Assembly (NCBI GenBank): GCA_965217585.1
Contig: OZ244561.1
Span: forward strand, 960,001 to 1,024,000
Direction of reading: 5' to 3'
DNA: 64,000 nucleotides
Source: Candidatus Latescibacterota bacterium
GTDB taxonomy: Bacteria; Latescibacterota; UBA2968; UBA8231
Shown: in pieces, positions 47,301 through 55,005 of the stretch
Numbering within the stretch: the first letter of the stretch is position 1
Layout of the letters: the number at the start of each line of letters is the position of its first letter
The notes under the pieces: generated by a model
Database searches by the model: none
Seen by the model: the letters and a program-made list of their open reading frames with translations, nothing else
What the model was told of the DNA's origin: nothing
Translations under genes and position numbers: made by a program

Positions 47301-47371
47301 ACGAGGGTTTCAAACGCTGGATGACCGACAGAGTGTTCGAGTTGGCCTGTGAGCAGGCGAGTGCGCCTTGA
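44336..47371 (+). CDS. hsdR: Type I RM restriction subunit
   Basis: DIGLFINGLP..FELK nuclease motif, HSAGSGKS, DEAH, FTATP, QTLSRLNR. Confidence 0.95.
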   Translation: MTTDTSERGLERLICTALAGHPCDPPPGPTVGEPPARYGGVGWAGGNYHDYDREYCVDLAQLSAFLHATQPEVAEAVGIASTHVGATGRSPLPGQASPTRRRFLARLQGEISKRGTIDVLRHSIKHEAHDLDLFYGTPSADNPEAQERFKQNRFTVTRQLRYSRDETQRALDIGLFINGLPVFTFELKNNLTKQTVADAVQQYQRDRNPREKLFEFGRCVAHFALDENEIRFCTHLSGKASWFLPFNRGWNDGAGNPPNPNGLAIDYLWREVLPRESLTNILENYAQVVEAKDEKTGKKKQTQIWPRYHQLDVVRRLLTDACTHGVGRRYLIQHSAGSGKSNSIAWLAHQLIGLDPVFDSILVVTDRLILDRQIRDTIKQYSQVSATVGHADRSGDLRRFIESGKKIIISTIQKFPFILDEIGNEQRGRSFAIIIDEAHSSQGGRTGAAMAQALSEAGEEEEEETFEDRINRLMESRKLLPNASYFAFTATPKNKTLEIFGAPEPQPDGTVGHHAFHSYTMKQAIQEGFILDVLAHYMPVQSYYKLAKTVEDDPEFDVKKAQKKLRRFVESSDHAIELKAQIMVDHFHDQVMAQNRIGGAARAMVVTNGIERAIQYYHAIRDYLQQRKSRYRAIVAFSGEHEFGGEKVTEASLNGFPSTQIAGQFQEDPYRFLVCADKFQTGYDEPLLHTMYVDKTLSDIKAVQTLSRLNRAHPKKHDVFVLDFFNDADTIRDAFADYYRATILADETDPNKLHDLQTDLDRAQVYSDAQIDDFVERYLGGAQRDQLDPILDDCVAAYKTELDEDGQVQFKGNAKGFVRTYAFLSSVLPYNDAGWEKRSIFLNFLIPKLPAPEEEDLSKGILDAIDLDSYRVEKQAMQQILLPDEDAEVEPVPTSGGGHVLEPELDRLSNILRTFNDLFGDIDWEDADHVGELITKTIPSRVAADAAFKNARQNSDAANSRIEHDKALLRVMTNVMKDDTELFKQFMDNEGFKRWMTDRVFELACEQASAP
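44585..44612. repeat. REP-like palindrome inside the hsdR coding sequence
   Basis: Identical to 37420-37447; translated as VGATGRSPL. Confidence 0.85.
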
Positions 47372-47508
47372 GTGGCGGCGCGGTTTTTTCCGTTGGCTCC
47401 GTTGCGTATCCAGCCTCGATTCTCGTGGACGAGATCGTCTCGCGCATTACCGCGAACGTCATCGAGCGCTTTGTCGCGGCATAGCCAAAGCACCCGTTTG
47501 GCCTTATC
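47371..47508 (+). repeat. Right copy of the 138-bp direct repeat (displaced 3' end of the DMFase-like gene)
   Basis: Encodes SGGAVFSVGSVAYPASILVDEIVSRITANVIERFVAA* versus SGGAVFSVGSITYPASILVDEVVSRITANVIERFVAA* in the left copy. Confidence 0.95.
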
Positions 47509-47544
47509 TTTAAGTGCTTTAGGCTGTTAGGAGACGAAATTTTC

Positions 47545-47904
47545 ATGGCTACCGAGCCAAGCAAAAACCTAGTGGTTTTTGCCAATCCCCATCCGGACCG
47601 CGACTACACAATCGAGTTCTCGTGTCCGGAATTCACTTCGATATGTCCCGTAACCGGACAACCGGATTTCGGCACCATCCACATCCGCTACGTACCCGAC
47701 CAGCAGTGCATTGAGCTCAAATCGCTCAAGCTCTATCTGTGGTCCTTTCGCCAAGAAGGCGCTTATTACGAAGCGGTCACCAACACCATCCTCAACGATT
47801 TGGTGGCCGCCTGCGCACCGCGGCGCATGACCGTAGTGGGAGAATTCAATGTGCGCGGTGGCATCTCCGCCGTTGTGACGGCCGAATTTGCCCCACAGCC
47901 CTAA
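47545..47904 (+). CDS. queF: NADPH-dependent preQ0 reductase QueF
   Basis: [26 protein letters not shown]. Confidence 0.95.
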   Translation: MATEPSKNLVVFANPHPDRDYTIEFSCPEFTSICPVTGQPDFGTIHIRYVPDQQCIELKSLKLYLWSFRQEGAYYEAVTNTILNDLVAACAPRRMTVVGEFNVRGGISAVVTAEFAPQP

Positions 47905-47934
47905 CGCCCGCCCGGCGACATATCAATTTATCGA

Positions 47935-48867
47935 ATGGAGACAACAATGGAAGAAGTACGCCAAGACGCCGCTGAGACGACAGTGGAAGAAGGATCGGAG
48001 GAAAACGGCGGCCGGCAGGACCGGACTTGGTTTCCCTACATCACCAAGGTGCAGTTCGAGCGGTTCCTCTCGCGGCTGGAGAGCAAGATCCCCGACCAAG
48101 TGGACCGCGACTACGTGCGGCCTATCATTCGCACTCCGTCGATGATTCACCGCTTTTTGCGCGGCATCGAATCCATGAACCTGACCGACCGCAACCAAAA
48201 GCCCACGGACCGGCTGTTGCGGCTAGTCCCACAGGAGACGCGCAGATTCGCGATCGCCGAAGTGGTCCGCGACCTCTACAAGGAACTGCTGCCGGAGTGG
48301 GAACAGAGCAACGGCAACATGAGTGACGACGCGATTGTCGATTACTTCCGCAATCGCACCGGCATGGGGCGCGATTCGGCCAACAAGATGAAGATGTTTT
48401 TCAAATACCTCATCGCCGAAGCCGACTTCGGCGACCCCTCCGAACCGCAAGAGGAAGCGGCGGCCCCCGAACCCGCGCCTCAAGAAGATCGCCCCGTAGC
48501 CCCCGAACCCGCGCCTCAAGAAGATCGCCCCGTAGCCCCCGAACCCGCGCCTCAAGAAGATCGCCCCGTAGCCCCCGAACCCGCGCCCCAAGAAGATCGC
48601 AGTGCCCGCGAACCCGCGCCCAAGGAGCGTTCCGGGCGCGACGGACGCGCCAAGCGCGCCAACTCCGAACGCCAAGAGCGCCAGCAGGAGCGCCCCCAGC
48701 AGGAGCGCCCCCAACAGGAGCGCCCCCTGACCGAGACGCAGCGAGCCTATCTGGACACCCTCCAGTCCACGGTCCAGATCAAAATTGACGGCGACTGGGA
48801 CGAAGACATGATCCGCCTCGTCTTCGACCGCCTAGAGCGGCTCTTCGACCGCCTGCGGCGCGCCTGA
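47935..48867 (+). CDS. Hypothetical protein (possibly DUF5343-like helical domain) with Pro/Glu repeat linker
   Basis: Helical N-domain starting FPYIT; PEPAPQEDRPVA repeats; small C-terminal domain. Confidence 0.6.
   Translation: METTMEEVRQDAAETTVEEGSEENGGRQDRTWFPYITKVQFERFLSRLESKIPDQVDRDYVRPIIRTPSMIHRFLRGIESMNLTDRNQKPTDRLLRLVPQETRRFAIAEVVRDLYKELLPEWEQSNGNMSDDAIVDYFRNRTGMGRDSANKMKMFFKYLIAEADFGDPSEPQEEAAAPEPAPQEDRPVAPEPAPQEDRPVAPEPAPQEDRPVAPEPAPQEDRSAREPAPKERSGRDGRAKRANSERQERQQERPQQERPQQERPLTETQRAYLDTLQSTVQIKIDGDWDEDMIRLVFDRLERLFDRLRRA
48463..48729 (+). repeat. Coding VNTRs: 36-bp unit about 4 times and 15-bp unit 3 times
   Basis: GCCCCCGAACCCGCGCCTCAAGAAGATCGCCCCGTA repeats; CAGGAGCGCCCCCAG repeats. 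Confidence 0.92.
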
Positions 48868-48880
48868 TCCCAAACAGAAC

Positions 48881-48929
48881 GTTCGCGCCTACGAAGCCGA
48901 GACGCTTCGCCATCCTCGTAGGCGCGAAC
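48881..48929. repeat. 14-bp stem inverted repeat (terminator- or REP-like)
   Basis: GTTCGCGCCTACGA ... TCGTAGGCGCGAAC directly after the stop codon. Confidence 0.6.
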
Positions 48930-49069
48930 AGTTCCAGCCAGTCCCAACGCAGCCCCGAGCTTTTCCCCGTCATGCGGAATGAAAACCGACCCATTGGTGA
49001 TCTCGTATCTTCGCATCGGTGCGGAGTAGCGACAGGCACGCTTCTCTTTTGTCAACTTGGGAGACATCT

Positions 49070-50209
49070 ATGAACAACTACCGCATTGCAATTATTGGCC
49101 TCGGCGGCATGGGCAGGCATCATGCGGAGGCCGCACAGTTAGAGGCAAACTGCGAGCTGGTCGCCGGGGCAGAAATCGACCCCGAGCGGGCGGCGGCATG
49201 GGGAGAGCGCTTTGGCGTCAAAGCCCTCTATGACGACTACGAGAAGATGCTCGATGAGCAACAACCCGACCTTGTTATCGTCCCAACGCAAGCACCGATG
49301 CACCACCGGCCGACGATTGCGGCGGCCAAGCGCGGCATCCACGTCTTCTGTGAAAAGCCGATTGCCCTGAATCTCATCGAAGCCGACGAGATGGTTGCAA
49401 CCTGCGACCAGCACCGCGTCAAGTTTGCCATTAATCATATCAAACGCGCCAGTCCGTACAATCGCCATGCCCTCTCGCTTATCGACCAAGGCGAAATCGG
49501 CCAAGTGGTGTTGCTGCAGGCAACGGACAAAGGGGGTCGGAAGGTCGGCAACTCGCTGATGGAGATGGGCACCCATCTCTACGATTGGGTGCGTCTCTTC
49601 GGCGGCGATGTCGAGTGGACGCACGCGCACCTCGTGCAGATGGATGGACGCGAATCAACCGTCGATGACATCAAACACACCCAAGAGGTGCACCCAAAAG
49701 ACCGCGATGCGGGGATTGTGCTCGGCGAGCGGGGACACGCCTCGTTTCGCTTTGCCAACGGCATCCATGCGGATGTGCAGTTCCTCGCCCAGCCGCAGAC
49801 CAACGACAACGGCTACGGCATTGACATTATCGGCACCGAAGGGCGCATCGCCGTGCGGGAGAGCGTTGGCACGACGATGTTTATCCACCAAGGACAACAC
49901 AAGACGCCGTCAGAGGCGTGGGAACCAGTGCATCTGCCAGCCGAAGATCTCGACGAGCACGGCAATCCACGCGATAGGGGATCCATACGGTTGCTCTTGC
50001 AACGCCTCATGCTGCGCGACCTCATCGCAGCCATTGAGGAAGACCGGGATCCGTTTGCCAGCGGCAGGGACGGTCGGGATTGTCTTGAAATGATTCAGGC
50101 GACGTGGGAATCACATCGGCGGCAGGCTCGGGTGTACATGCCGCTAACGCCACGCGAACATCCGCTTGAACGGTGGCGGAGAGAAGCTCGCGACGGCATT
50201 GCCAATTGA
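49070..50209 (+). CDS. Gfo/Idh/MocA family oxidoreductase
   Basis: IIGLGGMG, FCEKPIA, EMGTHLYD; GGAG RBS before ATG 49070. Confidence 0.9.
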   Translation: MNNYRIAIIGLGGMGRHHAEAAQLEANCELVAGAEIDPERAAAWGERFGVKALYDDYEKMLDEQQPDLVIVPTQAPMHHRPTIAAAKRGIHVFCEKPIALNLIEADEMVATCDQHRVKFAINHIKRASPYNRHALSLIDQGEIGQVVLLQATDKGGRKVGNSLMEMGTHLYDWVRLFGGDVEWTHAHLVQMDGRESTVDDIKHTQEVHPKDRDAGIVLGERGHASFRFANGIHADVQFLAQPQTNDNGYGIDIIGTEGRIAVRESVGTTMFIHQGQHKTPSEAWEPVHLPAEDLDEHGNPRDRGSIRLLLQRLMLRDLIAAIEEDRDPFASGRDGRDCLEMIQATWESHRRQARVYMPLTPREHPLERWRREARDGIAN

Positions 50210-50247
50210 AGCGCAGTCCCCAAACACTATTGGGACTTTGCGCTTTT
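50210..50247 (+). terminator. Probable intrinsic terminator
   Basis: AGCGCAGTCCC...GGGACTTTGCGCT imperfect hairpin followed by Ts. Confidence 0.5.
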
Positions 50248-50339
50248 GCCAATCGTCACAAAGCGCGGCGAATTCTTCGCTTACAACATCGCAGGTCTGG
50301 CGGTTGAGCATCCACTGCAAAACGCGCCATCGCCGCACC

Positions 50340-51302
50340 CTACCCTTCAAAGCGCGCCATCGCCGCGAACTTGTCCAGCCGCTGGGCCACTAGCGCCTCT
50401 GGAGTGAGTCGCTGGAGTTCGGCTAGGGCATCTTGCACGTGGCGTTTGAGCACGGCGACGGCGGCATCCCAGTCGCGGTGCGCGCCGCCCAAAGGTTCGG
50501 GCACAATGCGGTCGATGATCCCCTGCTGCTTCAGGTCTTTAGCCGTGAGCTTGAGGGCTTCGGCCGCTTCCTCTCTGCGCTCGCGCACCTTGAACAGAAT
50601 AGTCGAGCAGCTCTCCGGCACAATCACCGAATAACAGGCGTGCTCCAGCATCAGGATCCGGTCGCCGACCGTAATGCCAATGGCCCCGCCGCTGAAGGCC
50701 TGGCCGATGATGGCCACGACGATGGGCACCGGCAGATGCGACATTTCGTAGAGGTTGCGGGCAATGGCCTCGGCTTGGCCCCGCTCCTCGGCCTGGACTC
50801 CGGGATAGGCCCCCGAAGTATCGACCAAGGTCAAGACCGGCAATTTGAACTTGGCGGCCATCTGCATCAGGCGTCGAGCCTTGCGATACCCTTCTGGATG
50901 CGGCATGCCGAAGTTGCGCTTTTGCCGCTCTTCGAGGTTGCGTCCACTCTGGATGCCGATGACCATGACCGACTCGTCTTCTAGCCGCGCCGGGCCGCCG
51001 ATGATGGAGGCGTCGTCGGCAAAGAGGCGGTCGCCGTGTAGCTCAGTGAAGTCGGACAGCATCCGCTCGACGTAATCGAGCGCGTAGGGGCGGTTCGGGT
51101 GCCGCGCGATTTGCACCCGCTGCCAAGGGCTGAGATTGGTATAGATCTCTCTGCGTTTCTTCGCGGCCTGCGCCTCGAGCTTTCGCACGCCCTCATCCAA
51201 ATTCAAGCCATTGGTCTCGGCTTGGCTTTTTAGGTCGTCGATTTTCTTTTCTAGCTCGTGAAGATCGCGTTCAAAATCGAGGTAAAATCCACTGTTGTTC
51301 AC
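50340..51302 (-). CDS. accA: Acetyl-CoA carboxylase carboxyltransferase alpha subunit
   Basis: ARHPNRP, ELHGDR, RNFGMPHPEGYRKA, AEERGQ. Confidence 0.96.
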   Translation of the reverse strand: MNNSGFYLDFERDLHELEKKIDDLKSQAETNGLNLDEGVRKLEAQAAKKRREIYTNLSPWQRVQIARHPNRPYALDYVERMLSDFTELHGDRLFADDASIIGGPARLEDESVMVIGIQSGRNLEERQKRNFGMPHPEGYRKARRLMQMAAKFKLPVLTLVDTSGAYPGVQAEERGQAEAIARNLYEMSHLPVPIVVAIIGQAFSGGAIGITVGDRILMLEHACYSVIVPESCSTILFKVRERREEAAEALKLTAKDLKQQGIIDRIVPEPLGGAHRDWDAAVAVLKRHVQDALAELQRLTPEALVAQRLDKFAAMARFEG

Positions 51303-51328
51303 GGGACAAGACCTCCTAGGTTAAATTT

Positions 51329-51379
51329 GCGAATTGAGAATTATCAATTGAGAATTCGTAATTCGTAATTCCCAATTCA
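51329..51379. repeat. Heptamer (NAATTNN) tandem/inverted repeat
   Basis: GAATTGA GAATTAT CAATTGA GAATTCG TAATTCG TAATTCC CAATTCA. Confidence 0.75.
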
Positions 51380-52558
51380 CGCCAGTGCGCCCAGTGCCGC
51401 CTCAACTCGGTCCAGCGCCTTTTCAATCAGGTCCAGCGACGTGGCGTAGGAGAGCCGGATGTGCTCGTAGGTGCCAAACCCCGCACCGGGCACACAGGCC
51501 ACCTTGGCCTCTTCGAGCAAGTGCTCGCACAATGCCACGGAGTCGCGGACCTGGCGGCCGTAGTACGCGGCGACATCGGGATAGGCGTAAAAGGCCCCCG
51601 ATGGCAACGCGCATTCCACGCCCTCTATGGCGTTGAGGCGCTCGACCATGTAGCGCCGCCGTGCATCAAAGGCCCGGCGCATCTCCTCGACCGACTCCTG
51701 CGGGCCGTCGAGCGCCTCGACGGCCGCTTTCTGCGCCATCGACGAAGGATGCGACACTTCCTGGCTTTGCACCTTGTTCATTCCGGCGATGATCTCCTCA
51801 CTGGCACCTGTGTAGCCGATGCGCCAGCCGGTCATCGAATAGGCTTTAGACACCCCATTGACCACAATGCTGAGTTCCTTGGCCTCCGGGCTACAAGCGG
51901 CAATCGAGTGGTGTGCGGCTCCGTCGTAGATCAGCTTCTCGTAAATCTCGTCGCTGAGCAGATAAACCCCGTGTTCAACGGCCACTGCCGCCAAGCTCTC
52001 CAACTCCTCGCGGGTGTACACCGCGCCGCTGGGATTGGACGGCGAGCACAAAAAGAGCATCCGGGTGCGGGGCGTGATGGCGGCGCGGAATTCGTCCGCG
52101 GTCAGCTTGAGGCCGTTGGCAGCTTGGGTCTCGACAATCACCGGCTCGCCGCCCACTATCCGCGGCTGCTCGCAATAGGTCACCCAATAGGGCGTGGGGA
52201 TGATGACCTCGTCGCCGGGGTTGACCAGCGCCGCCACCGCCAAAAAGAGCGAGTGCTTGGCCCCATTGTTGACGATCACTTCGTCGGTTGTATAAACCAA
52301 GCCATTGTCGCGCGCGAATTTGCGGCAGATCGCCTCCTTGAGCTCGATGATCCCCGACCCCGGCGTGGTGTACTTAGTAAAGCCCTCGGCAATGGCGCGG
52401 ATGCCAGCGTCTTTGACGTTTTGCGGCGTATCGAAATCCGGCTCGCCCGCCGACAGGGAAACCACGTCGATACCGGCGCGCTGCATGGCCGCAGCCCGCG
52501 CCGAAATCTGCATGGTGACCGACGGCTGGACGCGCTGTACATTGTGCGAAAGTGGCAT
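51377..52558 (-). CDS. aspC: Class I PLP-dependent (aspartate) aminotransferase
   Basis: GEPDFDTP, SPSNPSG, SDEIY, SKAYSMTGWRIG. Confidence 0.9.
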   Translation of the reverse strand: MPLSHNVQRVQPSVTMQISARAAAMQRAGIDVVSLSAGEPDFDTPQNVKDAGIRAIAEGFTKYTTPGSGIIELKEAICRKFARDNGLVYTTDEVIVNNGAKHSLFLAVAALVNPGDEVIIPTPYWVTYCEQPRIVGGEPVIVETQAANGLKLTADEFRAAITPRTRMLFLCSPSNPSGAVYTREELESLAAVAVEHGVYLLSDEIYEKLIYDGAAHHSIAACSPEAKELSIVVNGVSKAYSMTGWRIGYTGASEEIIAGMNKVQSQEVSHPSSMAQKAAVEALDGPQESVEEMRRAFDARRRYMVERLNAIEGVECALPSGAFYAYPDVAAYYGRQVRDSVALCEHLLEEAKVACVPGAGFGTYEHIRLSYATSLDLIEKALDRVEAALGALA

Positions 52559-52564
52559 AGTTCC

Positions 52565-53758
52565 TCAGGTGGTGTATTCGGCGTTCAGCCGCACGTACTC
52601 GTACGTCAGATCGCAGGTGAAAATTTCAGCCGCCGCCTTGCCCATCGCCAAGTCGATGTCAATGGCCATTTCTTTCGCCTGCATGGCCGCGCTCAGCTTA
52701 TCCTCGTCGAAATCGAGACCGGCACCATTGCCGTAGATGTCGGTGCCGCACAGCGACACGCGCGCGGTCTCGGGGTCGAAATCGACGCCGGCGTACCCCA
52801 TCGCGCACAGAATGCGTCCCCAGTTGGGGTCGTTGCCAAACGCCGCGGTCTTCACCAAGCTCGAATTAGCCACTGCGATGCCAACCTGTCTTGCCTCGGC
52901 TTCGGTCGCGGCCCCGCGCACCGCTATGGTGATCAGCTTGGACGAACCCTCGGCATCGCGCGCGATCGCCTGGGCCATCTGCCGGCACGCATACTCAATG
53001 CCCTCGTAGAGGCGCTCACAATCGCGCTCGCCTAGCTCCGAGCCGTCGCCATTGGCCATCAGGATCACCGTGTCGCTCGTGCTCATGTCGCCGTCAACCG
53101 TAATGCAGTTGAACGTGCGCTGGATGGCCTGCGACAGCAGTTCTTGCAATGGTCCGCTGGGCACAGCCGCGTCCGTGGTTACCACCGACAGCATCGTCGC
53201 CATGTTGGGGGCGATCATCGCCGCCCCTTTAGCCATCGCCCCAACCACGGCACGGCCCGACTCCAACTCGACCTCGACGGCGCAGCTTTTCGGCACGGTG
53301 TCCGTGGTCATAATCGCCTCGGCGGCAGTAGCACCGCCTTCCTCGGACAACGCCGCGACGATCTGCGGAATGCCCGCCTCGATCTTGGCAATCGGCAGCG
53401 GCACGCCGATTAAGCCTGTAGAGCAGACCAGCACTTCTTCCGTTTGCAAGCCCAGCTCACTTGCCGTCAGGGCACACATCCGCCGGGCGTGATCCAAGCC
53501 GACATCGCCGTTGCAGACATTGGCGTTGCCGCTGTTGAGGATAACGGCCCGTGCCTTGCCGTCGGCGAGGTGCTCGCGGTCAATGGCAATCGGCGCGCCC
53601 TGCACCTTGTTGGTGGTATACACCGCGGCGGCGTTCGCCGGGCGCGTCGAATACACCAGCGCCAAATCCTTAGCGCCCGATTCCTTGACACCAGTCTGGA
53701 TGCCAGCCGCTCGGTACCCACTCGGAGCAGTAACCCCTCCACCCTCGATAATTCTCAT
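52565..53758 (-). CDS. argJ: Glutamate N-acetyltransferase ArgJ
   Basis: NSGNAN, STGLIG, IMTTDT, KGAAMIAPNMATML, DPNWGR; start ATG 53758. Confidence 0.96.
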   Translation of the reverse strand: MRIIEGGGVTAPSGYRAAGIQTGVKESGAKDLALVYSTRPANAAAVYTTNKVQGAPIAIDREHLADGKARAVILNSGNANVCNGDVGLDHARRMCALTASELGLQTEEVLVCSTGLIGVPLPIAKIEAGIPQIVAALSEEGGATAAEAIMTTDTVPKSCAVEVELESGRAVVGAMAKGAAMIAPNMATMLSVVTTDAAVPSGPLQELLSQAIQRTFNCITVDGDMSTSDTVILMANGDGSELGERDCERLYEGIEYACRQMAQAIARDAEGSSKLITIAVRGAATEAEARQVGIAVANSSLVKTAAFGNDPNWGRILCAMGYAGVDFDPETARVSLCGTDIYGNGAGLDFDEDKLSAAMQAKEMAIDIDLAMGKAAAEIFTCDLTYEYVRLNAEYTT

Positions 53759-53900
53759 AGCGCTCAGTCCGTTCCCGTCGCGCCGACAGCTAGCTCGGCT
53801 GCTTGAAACCCCTTCGCGGAACAAATGTTGTCGTCGTCCAATATGTTCACAATGTTCATAAGCCATCGCTTTCTTTTTAAGTGTCGCAAGACTTCCCGAA

Positions 53901-54407
53901 TTAATCCCAACTCGCGGCTCTAAGGTAATTGAAATTGATTACGTCAACATCCTGTTGACTCAAGTAATTAGCTAGAGGAAAGTCATCCGTGAGTACTAAA
54001 AATTGATTCTTAACCAAGTCAATAATAGCGGCATCAGTCAAACCGAATTTTGCAAAAGACACTGATTGTGCCAAGTTGACGCTAGGCTTGTAATGCTCGA
54101 TTAGTTGGGAAATGCCTTTGGCGAAATATGGAAAGAATCGCTGTTTTTGGTGACCGAGTTGCCCGGCGAGATTGCTTACTTCGGTGAGAATATGAGGCGT
54201 GGTGACGATTCGATTCTCAAAAAGTTTCAAAAAACCTATTACAAGATCGAAGTCGCTCTGCTCAAAACGTTCCTGAGTCCTCTTGAATCGTTCTATCAAA
54301 CGACGCTCAACCGAGCCTACAAAGAGAAGAAGAAGGATATTCGTATCTACAAGGACTCCTGCTGCTCGGTAGCGCTGTACCAGTTCAGAGAGGAGTGGGT
54401 TCGACAT
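53901..54407 (-). CDS. PIN domain protein
   Basis: VLVDTNILL, TPHILTEVSNL, GLTDAAI, LTDDF. Confidence 0.85.
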   Translation of the reverse strand: MSNPLLSELVQRYRAAGVLVDTNILLLLFVGSVERRLIERFKRTQERFEQSDFDLVIGFLKLFENRIVTTPHILTEVSNLAGQLGHQKQRFFPYFAKGISQLIEHYKPSVNLAQSVSFAKFGLTDAAIIDLVKNQFLVLTDDFPLANYLSQQDVDVINFNYLRAASWD

Positions 54408-54678
54408 CGGGTCGCATCTTTAGGGACTGCAAACTTCCTGTCTCGCCGTCAATTACAAAAATGGTATATTTTCGCTCATAGATGAGGGGTTCCACAAAGC
54501 CTTGTATGCTTTTTTTTATAGGATAGCCCAAAGTTATATGCCAATACGCCCCATCTTCCGATAGCTCGGCCTCTTCAAATGTAACATCCTGGTTAGTAGT
54601 CGCCCCCAATAAATCGGCGTTGGCTTTAAAGTGCCCCAAGGCGGCCTCGACAGCCTTTCTAAGAGTAAGAGACGCCAT
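54385..54678 (-). CDS. Hypothetical protein, probable partner of the PIN protein
   Basis: AGGAG RBS before ATG 54678; EEAELS..WHITLGY..RKY..F.ID; overlaps the PIN gene start. Confidence 0.7.
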   Translation of the reverse strand: MASLTLRKAVEAALGHFKANADLLGATTNQDVTFEEAELSEDGAYWHITLGYPIKKSIQGFVEPLIYERKYTIFVIDGETGSLQSLKMRPDVEPTPL

Positions 54679-55005
54679 AAGTTCTGTTCTCCTGTATCGT
54701 TCCTTTTTAGCTTGACCCGCTCCAAGATCTACCCCACCAGTGGATTCTTCTTTACATAGGGCAAGAAGCGCCGCAGCTTGCTGACGATTATCGTCCCGGC
54801 CGCTTCTGAGACCAAGAAGTGCCGTTTTTTGTGGCTTCGGAGTCGGCTGCAACGAGTGATCCCTGTCAATCAGAGATAGAATATCCGACCTCTTGGGCAG
54901 AATCGCAAGGGCAACAAGCTGTTCTCTGCGTCATGTTCAACTCGCCGCTGTCTAGGCATCCGAAACACAGACGAAACGAGAAACGGCCTCTATCGCAGCT
55001 AAACG

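Larger units (their letters stand above)
37382..47508. mobile_element. Type I RM + toxin-antitoxin genomic island (about 10.1 kb, no integrase)
   Basis: Bounded by the 138-bp direct repeat; separates queC/DMFase-like gene from queF. Confidence 0.8.

Noticed and set aside
35099-47904. queC and queF flanking an RM locus as a 7-deazaguanine DNA modification (Dpd) system
   Set aside because: No dpdA/TGT-like gene is present; the direct repeat shows the RM island inserted into an ordinary queuosine gene cluster
48463-48600. 36-bp repeats as a CRISPR array
   Set aside because: Head-to-tail units with no spacers, in frame within a CDS, and no cas genes in the window
51461-53035. 524-aa plus-strand ORF and similar long antisense ORFs (e.g. 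34945-36240 in an alternate frame, 20079-21026, 45413-46333)
   Set aside because: Shadow ORFs over well-supported genes, expected in GC-rich DNA
53819-53860. GAAC/GTTC motifs upstream of argJ as LexA or ArgR boxes
   Set aside because: Only partial matches, and the regulator motif for this lineage cannot be established from the window
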